Below, in pieces: positions 18,711-27,663 of a stretch of DNA of 64,000 nt. Each line of letters starts with the position of its first letter. Position 1 is the first letter of the stretch. Made by a program: the position numbers and the translations under genes. Source of the DNA: a virus. The notes beneath the pieces were generated by a model. The model saw only the letters and a list, made by a program, of their open reading frames with translations. It made no database searches and was not told the DNA's origin. Location: positions 1-64,000 of the IMG/VR virus record IMGVR_UViG_3300042319_001922; one strand, given 5' to 3'.

Positions 18711-19016
18711 TCACTTGAAGAAAATCAACACCATAAGACTACTTTGAACAATAAATCCAAAAGCAATGGTCACAATGTTTAGGAAGTTGCGCTGTACCAC
18801 TGCTTGAGCAAACATAGCAGTAAGTCCTGACCAGACCAACAATACCATGTCCACACTGGGCATTTTGTCGCTGAGACCAGTCAGCACTGCAATCAGAGTC
18901 GGCAAGGTTGCCGAGTGCAATAAAATCACTGCCAACCAACTCAACGTTGCCGCTGAAATGGGTGCAATATAAGATTGCAGTGTTGTTACAGTTTGTTCAA
19001 TGTCAAAGTTTTTCAT
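18711..19016 (-). CDS. Membrane protein (about 3 TM)
   Basis: Hydrophobic segments. Confidence 0.65.
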   Translation of the reverse strand: MKNFDIEQTVTTLQSYIAPISAATLSWLAVILLHSATLPTLIAVLTGLSDKMPSVDMVLLVWSGLTAMFAQAVVQRNFLNIVTIAFGFIVQSSLMVLIFFK

Positions 19017-19023
19017 TTAGATC

Positions 19024-19584
19024 TCACTTGTAAAAAATGTGTCGGCCAATTTTGGCCACTTGCTTCTTGTTCCATTGCGGGTTAACATAGTCAGCATGAT
19101 AGTATAGTGCGTCTTTGAGTTCAGGAATTCTAAACCCATCAAACATCACCATCTTTGCGGCTTCTTCACTTTCAAGCCAGAGCTTTTTGTGAATAGGCCG
19201 TGTCTTGAAATTCTGCTCACAGTACCAAGAGAATTGACACAGTACTCGTTCGTACACCACATTCTTCTGGTGCACAACTTGGCATGGATCATTGGGAAAT
19301 TTTCCACTCTCCACGCGATTCATAACCACCTGTGCCACTGCTAGTTTGCCCTCTGCAGGCTCACTAGCGGCTTCCCAGTAGATGTTTTGAGTCATGCATT
19401 GTAGACGGCGTTCTTTGTCCTTGACAGCCGCTTTGAACTCACTAATAGTGGTTACTGTGCTAGCATCAAAGTCTGCCAGGCGGGTTAGTTTGTTTTGAGT
19501 TACTGCATTAATCAGTGCTATGCCAAAAGTGGCAACTATTAAAAACACCACGGTGTGTAGTGATAATTTAATATATTTTTCCAT
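19024..19584 (-). CDS. SleB-like cell wall hydrolase (Hydrolase_2)
   Basis: CMxxNIYWEAxxE, AVAQVVMNRV, CQFSW, YHADYVNPxW, IGRHIFY; N-terminal TM. Confidence 0.9.
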   Translation of the reverse strand: MEKYIKLSLHTVVFLIVATFGIALINAVTQNKLTRLADFDASTVTTISEFKAAVKDKERRLQCMTQNIYWEAASEPAEGKLAVAQVVMNRVESGKFPNDPCQVVHQKNVVYERVLCQFSWYCEQNFKTRPIHKKLWLESEEAAKMVMFDGFRIPELKDALYYHADYVNPQWNKKQVAKIGRHIFYK

Positions 19585-19731
19585 TAGTTTCTCCTTTGGG
19601 TTAATGCAACAGTTCTGCCTAACTACAGCAGGTCTATCACACCAAGGACTTCAAATATACAAAAGCCCCTGTGTTGTTTACGCCTACTTTTTCAAGAGCG
19701 TAAGTTTATGTATGCCATCTAGCTATTGTAA

Positions 19732-19755
19732 CAAACTTGACTTTATTTGTCAAGT
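19732..19755 (-). promoter_or_regulatory. Sigma70 promoter TTGACA-N17-TACAAT for the SleB gene (coordinates approximate)
   Basis: ttgaca-aataaagtcaagtttgt-tacaat on the minus strand, followed by a ~140-nt leader. Confidence 0.65.
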
Positions 19756-19767
19756 GATCTAGATAAA

Positions 19768-20004
19768 TTAGCACCACTTCAAGCAAAAAGCGGCACAGTC
19801 TCGATCCGAATCAAAGTAAAAAGCATACTTCCCTGGACGAGTGTCAGTGCTGACATCAATCAGAGACCATCGCCAATCAGACTGACATTCAGTTTTGCAC
19901 CACTCAATTATGGGGTCAAGTCCCCCGTGCGGTTTAACAATCTCTCTAGCATATTCAAAACTTTCTCTGTTACGAGTATGCAGATGGGGCATTGTGCCAA
20001 TCAT
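19768..20004 (-). CDS. Small phage protein (FxFxxxxDxxxFxLKW family)
   Basis: C-terminal YAFYFDSDRDCAAFCLKW. Confidence 0.65.
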   Translation of the reverse strand: MIGTMPHLHTRNRESFEYAREIVKPHGGLDPIIEWCKTECQSDWRWSLIDVSTDTRPGKYAFYFDSDRDCAAFCLKWC

Positions 20005-20315
20005 CTTGGTTGGTCTCCTTGTCGTTTGGATGTGATCAAATCATCTGTGCAACCATTACACCTAGGTAGATTACAAATTGCCTGCTCTTCTAATTCAAAC
20101 CCAGTTAATGCATGCCCAAGATGTTGATTTTTGCATTCACCTCCATACACATTCAATTCTTTGTCAATGAACAATCGAGTGGATCCAGTTTCGCACAACC
20201 AACCTTGCCAATGGTCTTGATTGTTGTTGTGCAACCAATTGGAATAGATCAAGAACTCTTGCCCGTCGTCAGTTGTGACTCGACAGTTGTAGTTGGAGTG
20301 ATTAGTTAAATTCAA
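20001..20315 (-). CDS. Stand-alone SPASM/Twitch-like Fe-S domain
   Basis: WxCxxGxxxLFIDxxxNVYGGxC...CxxxxCxxCxxD. Confidence 0.6.
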   Translation of the reverse strand: MNLTNHSNYNCRVTTDDGQEFLIYSNWLHNNNQDHWQGWLCETGSTRLFIDKELNVYGGECKNQHLGHALTGFELEEQAICNLPRCNGCTDDLITSKRQGDQPR

Positions 20316-20925
20316 AATCTTGCCTGCCCTTTCTCACATAAAAATCTCTTGTGCCCAGCTTGTAGTTGATTCTGTTTGTGCTGTGACTGATCTTGTGTTG
20401 AGTAAAAAATTCCTCGTACAACTTGATGCGATCCTGATTCCAGTACTCGTCCATGATGTTGACATGAAAACTCTTGCGTGGTCGAACCATTAGGCGATTG
20501 ACTGCTAGTACTTTTTTAAAAAATTCAGTTTCATTCATGTACTCTGAATGTGTGCTGAAGCTTATGGCTTCTACCTGAGCTGCAAGTTTTCGATAATAGT
20601 TCAAACTAGCACTGCCATTTGTGGTCAGTATGATCATGGCAATTTCGGGAAATTCTCGGCGCAACCACTGTATCAAGGGCAAGAAGTTTTTGTTGGCAGT
20701 TACCTCGCCACCAGTAAAACTTATTTTATAAGGCAGTTGTTTGTGCTTTGTTTTTTCATATATATTGGTCCATACTTTTTGCATGGTCGCAAGATCATGG
20801 GGTTTACTAGTGGTATCATGTAAATCAGCTGGACAATACATGCATTCATAGTTGCATCTTGAACCCAGCATCCATCCCAAAGAAAAGTGTTTTGGCTCAG
20901 GGTCAACTCTAATTATTTTGTGCAT
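20302..20925 (-). CDS. Radical SAM protein
   Basis: CNYECMYC (CxxxCxxC), FTGGE, TTNGS motifs. Confidence 0.9.
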   Translation of the reverse strand: MHKIIRVDPEPKHFSLGWMLGSRCNYECMYCPADLHDTTSKPHDLATMQKVWTNIYEKTKHKQLPYKISFTGGEVTANKNFLPLIQWLRREFPEIAMIILTTNGSASLNYYRKLAAQVEAISFSTHSEYMNETEFFKKVLAVNRLMVRPRKSFHVNIMDEYWNQDRIKLYEEFFTQHKISHSTNRINYKLGTRDFYVRKGRQDFEFN

Positions 20926-20936
20926 GTTATAGTTTA

Positions 20937-21188
20937 TCACCGAACAACATAGTGCTTTAAAATATATTGTTTGCAATTGTCCGGTCGATCGTCAAACCAT
21001 AGTATGTTGTCAAACACACAAAATGTATTGCAAAAATCACGCCCGTATCTTGTGCCACGCAGAGTGGCAAATATCTGTTGATGATGCCAAGTATCAAACT
21101 GCTGACTGCTAATCTTGGATGTGGGCTTGTCTGATTCCAACGGACGTTGTATCAATTGATCTATTATGAATTGTGATGGCACCGGCAT
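20937..21188 (-). CDS. Hypothetical protein
   Basis: TGATG-coupled start. Confidence 0.5.
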   Translation of the reverse strand: MPVPSQFIIDQLIQRPLESDKPTSKISSQQFDTWHHQQIFATLRGTRYGRDFCNTFCVFDNILWFDDRPDNCKQYILKHYVVR

Positions 21189-21907
21189 CAATCCCACAGC
21201 GCCTGATAGTACTTGCCAAACAAGCGGAATCCGTTTTGAATACGAGTCTCTACCACTCGCATGCCGTCGTAATCGCACTTGTAGGTGTTTTTTGGACCAT
21301 CCTTCATTTGGTAGTACTTGTGGTCGCCCTTGGGTACTTCGTTGCCGTGCACATCCACAGGTACCCAAATCATGTCAATGTCACCTTCACGGAAAGCATC
21401 TTCCCAGGAATCATCAACTTTGCACTCGAACGCAAAGATCATTTCCGACATGACCCAGTCCCAACGCTTGAAGTGGTTGGCATCAGTATCCCACTCGTTT
21501 TCTTTGGCAGGTGCCTCTGTACTGCGCAGGCCAAGACCTTCAGGCACATCTTCGTCATCTACCAAGGGGCTACCGTGCTTTTTTTCTTTCAGTTGTTTCA
21601 GCATGGGCAGGATAATGGGACTCAGGGTATGATCCATGCTCCAGGTATCCCAGTAGTCAATTTTCACATAGTCGATCTTTGGATGCACCCGATCCAGCAC
21701 CCACTGGATACCCCGGCTGATGGGCTCAAGTCGGTCACTCCACTTTTCCACCCATTCAGGATGCTCAACATATTTCTTTTCATCATCAAAGCCGCGAAAG
21801 CTCTTGTCACGACTGCACTTGCTCCAGTCGGTCCAGAAGAACATGTAGTCCAACATGGTGTAGGGGCTGATCCAGTGATAGCGAGGTTTACCAATGTAGA
21901 TTTTCAT
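21188..21907 (-). CDS. Conserved phage protein
   Basis: DTWSMDHTLxxIIxPML...GFRLFGKYYQALWD. Confidence 0.75.
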   Translation of the reverse strand: MKIYIGKPRYHWISPYTMLDYMFFWTDWSKCSRDKSFRGFDDEKKYVEHPEWVEKWSDRLEPISRGIQWVLDRVHPKIDYVKIDYWDTWSMDHTLSPIILPMLKQLKEKKHGSPLVDDEDVPEGLGLRSTEAPAKENEWDTDANHFKRWDWVMSEMIFAFECKVDDSWEDAFREGDIDMIWVPVDVHGNEVPKGDHKYYQMKDGPKNTYKCDYDGMRVVETRIQNGFRLFGKYYQALWD

Positions 21908-21940
21908 ATTAATTCCTTGACTGATTAAACAATTTATCTC

Positions 21941-22381
21941 TTACTTGGGCAAGTATTGATCGTGTGCTACCCATTTATTTTTGACCAGGAAGCCCCACTC
22001 GCGTTTTTTTGCGCCTGGCATAAAAAGTGTCCAACATTCCACAGCAGGATCTAATTCAATGCGATGATAGCTAGTGGCACTGCTAATGCGAAAATGACCC
22101 GGCTTGCGCCAGTGTGCAATCTCTCCAAATTTCTCCCCTTTGTCATTGAACTGCGGAATCCATTCCCAGTAGCCGCCTTTCAAAATAAGTGTAGCATAAG
22201 GCCAGGGATGATCATGCACGTCATCGGGATCACTCTTTAAAAACTTGTGAACAAAAATGTTGAACGGGAACCAGGCACGCTCTTTAAGAAACACATAGTA
22301 GCGTTCCAGATAAGGATCCTGTCCCTGGCGATCTAGAATGACTCGTTGTCGTCCTAGTTTTTTCATGATCTTTTTAAACAT
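21941..22381 (-). CDS. Cupin-fold protein
   Basis: HKFLKSDPDDVHDHPW...ILKGGYWE...HRI. Confidence 0.7.
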   Translation of the reverse strand: MFKKIMKKLGRQRVILDRQGQDPYLERYYVFLKERAWFPFNIFVHKFLKSDPDDVHDHPWPYATLILKGGYWEWIPQFNDKGEKFGEIAHWRKPGHFRISSATSYHRIELDPAVECWTLFMPGAKKREWGFLVKNKWVAHDQYLPK

Positions 22382-22418
22382 GTATTTATTATACGACAAA
22401 TCTATTTATTGGACAATG

Positions 22419-22443
22419 AAAAAGGTCACCTGGTGACCTTTTT
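22419..22443. terminator. Bidirectional terminator
   Basis: AAAAAGGTCAC-CTG-GTGACCTTTTT. Confidence 0.75.
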
Positions 22444-22475
22444 ACCATATGCTCTAGTGAGCTATGCAGTTGATA

Positions 22476-22745
22476 TTAAACCAGGCCAAGTGCCATGGCT
22501 TTGTAGCCTGCGGCCACAATCTTGCGACTTGGCTTGCCCATAACATACTCTGTCACAGTCACGCCATTGCCGGCCTTGCGGGTGTTTGCATACACTGCAA
22601 AACCGTGCTGGCGGATGCGACTGGCTTCTGCTGCCAAGTTGCCAACGCTAAAACGCTTCTTGGCTTCAGCTGGGGTCAATGCTTCGCCGTTTTTGAGTGC
22701 GGTAAAAACTTTGTATGTTTTGGTTTCTGTGTTAATCAATTTCAT
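22476..22745 (-). CDS. Winged helix-turn-helix protein
   Basis: LxxGEALTxAExxxRFxVxNxxAxxSRIRxxG; AAGGA RBS. Confidence 0.65.
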   Translation of the reverse strand: MKLINTETKTYKVFTALKNGEALTPAEAKKRFSVGNLAAEASRIRQHGFAVYANTRKAGNGVTVTEYVMGKPSRKIVAAGYKAMALGLV

Positions 22746-22840
22746 CTCTGTTTCCTTTAAGTTAATTCGATGTGTTACTGACATCGTGCTACTAGTATAT
22801 GATATTGCTGTGGTAAAAACAAGCTGTTTGGCAACATATT

Positions 22841-23062
22841 CTAGATTACTCTGCCCAGACCCAACCAAATAAGCTGATCAAGTTCCGCTTGGTAGTCTCG
22901 ACCAAGCCTACGTTTTTCGTAGATGGTTTGTAAAATTTCTTTACCATCGCCAAACTCACCGGTGCCGGCACCACGATTTTCCAATTCCTCAATTAGGTCA
23001 TCGGTATCGAAGTCTGACAAGTCAACGTCAACTTCAACTTCGGTATAAATGGTCTTGTACAT
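22841..23062 (-). CDS. Hypothetical acidic protein
   Basis: Coupled ORF. Confidence 0.65.
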   Translation of the reverse strand: MYKTIYTEVEVDVDLSDFDTDDLIEELENRGAGTGEFGDGKEILQTIYEKRRLGRDYQAELDQLIWLGLGRVI

Positions 23063-23418
23063 TATTTGTATTCCTGTGTGATAGATTCAGTGTGCTTGCA
23101 GTTTCCCCTAAACTTGAAACCACTGCAAGTACATGTCATGCCGTTTTCTGTCTTTTCCACTGTGTATTTGTTACCTTTACTGCCCGTCACAGTCCATTGT
23201 GGGTTAACCGGTGCATCCCGATCCTCAAAATTCCACCGATTTGGCACTTCCAAAAACTTGCGTCCACGTGTGTCAATCCGTATGGGTTTTTTAAATTTAA
23301 ACACAATGTCGGTGCCGTGCTTGACATAGGCAAACATCTTGCTTTTGCTGTTGTCCAAAAAGTACACATGATTGTGTGTGGGAGTGTCCCACACTGTGGT
23401 TTCTTGAAATGCTTTCAT
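23062..23418 (-). CDS. SWIM zinc-finger protein
   Basis: VTGSKGNKYTV...CTCSGFKFRGNCKH. Confidence 0.8.
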   Translation of the reverse strand: MKAFQETTVWDTPTHNHVYFLDNSKSKMFAYVKHGTDIVFKFKKPIRIDTRGRKFLEVPNRWNFEDRDAPVNPQWTVTGSKGNKYTVEKTENGMTCTCSGFKFRGNCKHTESITQEYK

Positions 23419-23657
23419 TTGGAAATAAACAATCCTATAATATACAATCCCAACAACACGCCATTGACCACTATAAGATTTCGTTCACCAATACGTATTG
23501 ACCATACCAAGTACAATGCGGCACCTAGATTCAAAAAATAAATGTTCATTGGATCAATGCGAAAACTAGTCAACAAAGCACCTATGCATACTGCAACACA
23601 ACCTAGCCATTTTAAAATATCATCAATTTGACTTCGAGTCATGTCATAGCCTTTCAA
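23415..23657 (-). CDS. Small membrane protein
   Basis: Three hydrophobic helices; TTGGCT-N17-TATAAT promoter at 23672-23700. Confidence 0.6.
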   Translation of the reverse strand: MKGYDMTRSQIDDILKWLGCVAVCIGALLTSFRIDPMNIYFLNLGAALYLVWSIRIGERNLIVVNGVLLGLYIIGLFISK

Positions 23658-23704
23658 CAGTTAGTGCATACATTATAGCAAACAAGTCTTTACTAGCCAA
23701 CCAC

Positions 23705-23938
23705 TTATTTCTGCGACTTTTTTAAGCAGAAAAACGTGGCATCTGAATTGTTACGAAAATACAATACCAGTTTTAATTTTGCATTTCGTCCTTTTCTGCG
23801 CCACTCTGCGGCAGGAATTATCATACGATAAAACCAACGTCGGCCTGTCTGTGTGCCCGGAGCACCAAATAATTGATTGGTTAGGTAAGTGAGATCGCCA
23901 TTATAATAATAGCCGCAGTCAACTCGTGTGGATTTCAT
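23705..23938 (-). CDS. Small phage protein (FxxxxDAxxFxLK family)
   Basis: LYFRNNSDATFFCLK. Confidence 0.55.
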   Translation of the reverse strand: MKSTRVDCGYYYNGDLTYLTNQLFGAPGTQTGRRWFYRMIIPAAEWRRKGRNAKLKLVLYFRNNSDATFFCLKKSQK

Positions 23939-23947
23939 TGTTGGATA

Positions 23948-24445
23948 TCAACTTCCTGTGGACAACACCAAAACAGTGGCATCGTCTTTGCTGGGCTTAA
24001 AATCTTCGATATACGTGTGATGGGTGTCACCGCTGTCACGGATGGCAGCATTAGCGGCCACGTACAATGCGGCCCAGGTCAAGCCATTGATTGGCACTTG
24101 CACTTTACTTGTGTGCCCCCAGTGATCCGTGTACAGCACCGTGGTAGCACCTGTGTAGGAATGACGCTCACCAAGATCATCAACTTGGTATATGCTCCAC
24201 ACCGCAGAAAGTCCTAGTTCTTCCCGAATGCGTTCATAGTGAGCTGACTTGGACTCAAATGCACTATCATCTTGCTCGTATGCATTGTCAAGACCTCGAC
24301 GAATCTCACTGACTCCATGAAGCAGTCGCTTTAGAAGTTCTGGATCAAGCACACCTTCGAGGTGTTGAATCGCACCATTGAGTTCGCAGATGCCGTTGTG
24401 AATAGTTTTGAATTCGTCGGCTGTTAGAGTAGGATTGCAGTTCAT
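23948..24445 (-). CDS. Hypothetical phage protein
   Basis: C-terminal SGDxHHxYIE...LxTGS. Confidence 0.7.
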   Translation of the reverse strand: MNCNPTLTADEFKTIHNGICELNGAIQHLEGVLDPELLKRLLHGVSEIRRGLDNAYEQDDSAFESKSAHYERIREELGLSAVWSIYQVDDLGERHSYTGATTVLYTDHWGHTSKVQVPINGLTWAALYVAANAAIRDSGDTHHTYIEDFKPSKDDATVLVLSTGS

Positions 24446-24620
24446 TATAAACCTATTTCTTTCCACATGTTTTCACGGCGCTCAAGTTCTTGAACATAAA
24501 ATTCTTGCATGGCTTCGTCCTGCGGGCTTTTTGACAGTGAGTCTCTCAGCACCAGCCAGGCCTGCTCAAGCTCTGAATATGTCATTGCTTTTAGTTCAAC
24601 ATCCAAGTCACTCATTCGAC

Positions 24621-24896
24621 TCATGCTGCCTCCAGCATGTTGGCGGGAACCTTGAACAGAAGTTGACCAGTATCAACTGTCACAAACTTGATGGCAATTT
24701 TACGAACGGTGCCACGATAAGTCACACCGTTTCGGTTACTGGTAAACTTCACAGTGTCGCCCAACATGAGACTGCGTTTGGTCTTCTGTGTGAGCTGAGC
24801 TCGGGCAAAGCGAATTGCATCACCAATGCTGGTGAGTTGATCATTTGTAAACGATCCAGAAAGAATTGCACGATTGATGTCTTGAATAGTGGTCAT
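24621..24896 (-). CDS. Hypothetical protein with SH3-like C-terminus
   Basis: GDTVKF...GTVxKI...VPANML; GGAG RBS. Confidence 0.7.
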   Translation of the reverse strand: MTTIQDINRAILSGSFTNDQLTSIGDAIRFARAQLTQKTKRSLMLGDTVKFTSNRNGVTYRGTVRKIAIKFVTVDTGQLLFKVPANMLEAA

Positions 24897-24908
24897 TGTT
24901 GTCTCCAA

Positions 24909-25235
24909 TTAGTCTGCACGAGAATTCATGTAAGCGTCAATGCCATGTTCACGCAGAACTTTGGCATAGGCTTCAGCACCAGCTTCTTTGATGTCCATGC
25001 TTTGTGTAAAACTACCACCAGGATTCCAAAAGCTTAGACCGCCGCCGTATTCTTTGCGGAACCCCACGGTCTTGAGTGCACGGCCCAGTTTGGTTGATGC
25101 TTTTTCACGCACTACAACCCAGGCAAATCCACAGTAGCCAGGCTCGCCGTGACGGGCACGGAACTCGTTCTCGGCTTGGATAGCGGCCTCTCGGGCAGTG
25201 TTATGAATAGATTCCAAGTTATCTAAAGCAATCAT
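24909..25235 (-). CDS. Early hypothetical phage protein
   Basis: CGFAWV, QSMDIKEAGAxAYA motifs; AAGGAG RBS. Confidence 0.75.
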   Translation of the reverse strand: MIALDNLESIHNTAREAAIQAENEFRARHGEPGYCGFAWVVVREKASTKLGRALKTVGFRKEYGGGLSFWNPGGSFTQSMDIKEAGAEAYAKVLREHGIDAYMNSRAD

Positions 25236-25241
25236 CTCTCG

Positions 25242-25628
25242 CTCCTTTTTGTTTACAATACAAGTATTATAGCAAATGATCAGATTCTGGTCAACCAAAT
25301 TCGTACATGAATTTGGACATATTTGGATCCAATTTGACTAGATCCTTAGCGGCCGCTGTCAGGGCACGATAGCGAGCTTGAACTTGGCTACGGGGCAACT
25401 CACCATCGCAAGAAAGATTTTCTGGGCTCAAGGCACAATCAATAGCCTCAGCCACTCGTTTCCGTCCTGCGGCAGTTTGAATTTCGTACAAGGGTTCGGT
25501 ACGCTGACCTTTGAACAAACTAGCCCAGCGATTTTGTTGATCAACCCAGGTGTTAAGTGCTTGCATTTCTGACTCCTTTTTGTTTACAATACAAGTATTA
25601 TAGCAAATGATCAGATTCTGGTCAACCA
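25242..25628. repeat. Identical 56-bp direct repeat (promoter+RBS module) at 25242-25297 and 25573-25628
   Basis: ctcctttttgtttacaatacaagtattatagcaaatgatcagattctggtcaacca occurs twice, flanking one gene. Confidence 0.92.
25291..25566 (-). CDS. Early hypothetical phage protein
   Basis: LSPENLSCDGEL motif; own promoter module. Confidence 0.75.
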   Translation of the reverse strand: MQALNTWVDQQNRWASLFKGQRTEPLYEIQTAAGRKRVAEAIDCALSPENLSCDGELPRSQVQARYRALTAAAKDLVKLDPNMSKFMYEFG

Positions 25629-25635
25629 GAATCTG

Positions 25636-25653
25636 TGTTGTATTTTTACAACA
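25636..25653. promoter_or_regulatory. TGTTG-N8-CAACA palindromic box
   Basis: tgttgtatttttacaaca, 10 bp upstream of -35. Confidence 0.75.
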
Positions 25654-25658
25654 ATTAT

Positions 25659-25859
25659 CTAGGCTCGTACTAGGTCAAAAATTGAATTCTGCAGGCGGGC
25701 CACATCTTCGTTGTCAACATAGAAGTCGGTACGTGGATCCCAGTACTCGCCTGCCTTTGGATCATAATACAACACCTGACCGTTGGGATAGTGAAAAGGT
25801 CCTTCAAGTCCTGCACGTGGACCGTATTCATTGCCGTGTTTGAAAACTCGATATCCCAT
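25659..25859 (-). CDS. Hypothetical phage protein
   Basis: GLEGPF...LYYDPKAGxYWDPxTDFY. Confidence 0.7.
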   Translation of the reverse strand: MGYRVFKHGNEYGPRAGLEGPFHYPNGQVLYYDPKAGEYWDPRTDFYVDNEDVARLQNSIFDLVRA

Positions 25860-25864
25860 GTTAT

Positions 25865-26017
25865 TCACTCCTTGACAAATTTCACGCCAGATGCCATGAC
25901 CATCAACCCAAACGATGATATCAATGCTGAATAAAACAAATCAAGGTCAGACAGACTTTTTTCAATTCCGCCCACGCCCGACATCACTATAATCAATCCA
26001 AGAATAATTCGAATCAT
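25865..26017 (-). CDS. Small 2-TM protein (50 aa, not in ORF track)
   Basis: MIRIILGLIIVMSGVGGIE...; ATGA-coupled. Confidence 0.55.
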   Translation of the reverse strand: MIRIILGLIIVMSGVGGIEKSLSDLDLFYSALISSFGLMVMASGVKFVKE

Positions 26018-26460
26018 GATGCCTCCGCTACTTTGATTGACTCCAGTGCTTGGCTCAACAACACCAAGCGACCTTTGAACTCGCCGTACATGCTACCACA
26101 GTACCATTCACCATTTTCCATGATGTAGTAATACTCTCCGCCACAATTGTCTACCTGTTCCAGAAATTCAGCAAAAGTGTGTGCCACTTTAAAGTCGGTA
26201 CCAGTCTCACCGCGGTCACGACCGTAAAACACTGTGGTGCCAGGCAAGGGCTTTTCAAAACTGTGATCAACGCCATCGGGAACCAGGATGTTTTCGCGCA
26301 GAGTAGACAAATCACCCAGTGCCACCAGGTGATTGGCTTTGGCGCTGTTATAGTGCTCTTGCAGGATTGTCCCATTGTGCTCCAAGTAGCCGTCCCAGTG
26401 ACAGTAGACTGACTTGCAAACTGTACCATGCATGACACCAATTCTTGAACGTGTACCCAT
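26014..26460 (-). CDS. Conserved early phage protein
   Basis: MGTRSRIG...YCHWDGY...YGRDRGE. Confidence 0.75.
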   Translation of the reverse strand: MGTRSRIGVMHGTVCKSVYCHWDGYLEHNGTILQEHYNSAKANHLVALGDLSTLRENILVPDGVDHSFEKPLPGTTVFYGRDRGETGTDFKVAHTFAEFLEQVDNCGGEYYYIMENGEWYCGSMYGEFKGRLVLLSQALESIKVAEAS

Positions 26461-26492
26461 CTTGAGCTCCTGTTTTGTTACTGTATGTTTCT

Positions 26493-26549
26493 ATTATAGC
26501 AAATGGAGCATTTCTGGTCAACCAAAATTTGTGTTGTATTTTTACAACA
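26493..26549 (-). promoter_or_regulatory. Early promoter TTGACC-N17-TATAAT plus TGTTG-N8-CAACA box
   Basis: -10 at 26493-26498, -35 at 26516-26521, box at 26532-26549. Confidence 0.82.
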
Positions 26550-26550
26550 T

Positions 26551-27663
26551 TTAGAAAATCAAGGGTAAATTTCTGCGAGAATTGAGATTTTTAGTGGGTG
26601 CAACCAGTGCAAGATATTCAGGATTAATTCGTCCAATAATCTGTTTGCATATACTAGCATCAATAATGTGTTTGATTAACTCATCAATGGGTAACTGAAG
26701 CATTATCTTGGTTAATTCTATATCCTTAAATGGAGTGTGAGTTAATGTATTACCCAAGTGCCAGTATTGATAATCGTTGATATTGGCATCTAGTATTTGT
26801 CGAACCAGGTGCATGTATGTGGGATATCTATCACGAATTTCATGCCTGTTTGAATATGCGTCTTGGAATATTTTTAAATTTTTAGGCTTGTTAAAATACC
26901 CCACATGGTATCCGGTTGACTTTGCTAGTATGTCAACAATGTCAATATCCTGCCAAGCACACCAGGTGGCTAGGGTATTTGGTCCACGGAGCAGAAACTC
27001 GTCTCCACATGCTCCAGTCAATAACATTGTGGGACTACGCCAATGATGTATCTGTCCGTAACCCCAGTGCCGGGCTCGAATGTCTTCCCAATTAGCATTG
27101 GTAAAGGCGTCATACTCAAAGTGTTCATAGTCAACCACATCATGAACAACCCTGTGTTGTCGTGACAGAGCCAGTATTAATGCAGTATCAATCCCGCCAG
27201 ACACAAATAATTTTTTTGGCAGATTGGCATAATCTTGTGCAAGGGCCACAAACTTTGTGCGCAGGTTTTGTTCAATTGCATCCAGACCCTGTTCAAGAGT
27301 CAACGATCCAGATCGTAGTTGACCCAGGGCTGGGTGCTTTTTAAATTGTATTCCAGTTGGTTCAAGAGTAATTTGAGTAGCAGTCCATACCGGTTGCCCA
27401 GATCCCAAAAGGTTGGTCAATGTTTCTGTAACGTCATTGTACCACAACGGAAATGAACGTTCAGCTTCGTGCACAAGCTGTATAGTTTCACCACTGACTG
27501 CTAGTTCTAGAAAATTGCCGCCAGGCAAAGTGTTGTGTCTATAGCCCTTGAACCAACCGCTGGCAGTGAGAGACCACCCATTATCATGACTGAACCACCA
27601 AGAGGCCAGGCGGTCATGATTGGGCAATCTCTGATCCGGTTGTCGGCTCAGGGTAAAAAACAT
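26551..27663 (-). CDS. Asparagine synthetase-like PP-loop amide-forming enzyme
   Basis: LFVSGGIDT, LTGACGDEF, TPFKD motifs; no clear glutaminase domain. Confidence 0.7.
   Translation of the reverse strand: MFFTLSRQPDQRLPNHDRLASWWFSHDNGWSLTASGWFKGYRHNTLPGGNFLELAVSGETIQLVHEAERSFPLWYNDVTETLTNLLGSGQPVWTATQITLEPTGIQFKKHPALGQLRSGSLTLEQGLDAIEQNLRTKFVALAQDYANLPKKLFVSGGIDTALILALSRQHRVVHDVVDYEHFEYDAFTNANWEDIRARHWGYGQIHHWRSPTMLLTGACGDEFLLRGPNTLATWCAWQDIDIVDILAKSTGYHVGYFNKPKNLKIFQDAYSNRHEIRDRYPTYMHLVRQILDANINDYQYWHLGNTLTHTPFKDIELTKIMLQLPIDELIKHIIDASICKQIIGRINPEYLALVAPTKNLNSRRNLPLIF

Noticed and set aside
25242-26549. Repeats resembling a CRISPR array
   Set aside because: The repeats are promoter/RBS modules separated by whole genes; there are no regular 30-40-nt spacers and no cas genes
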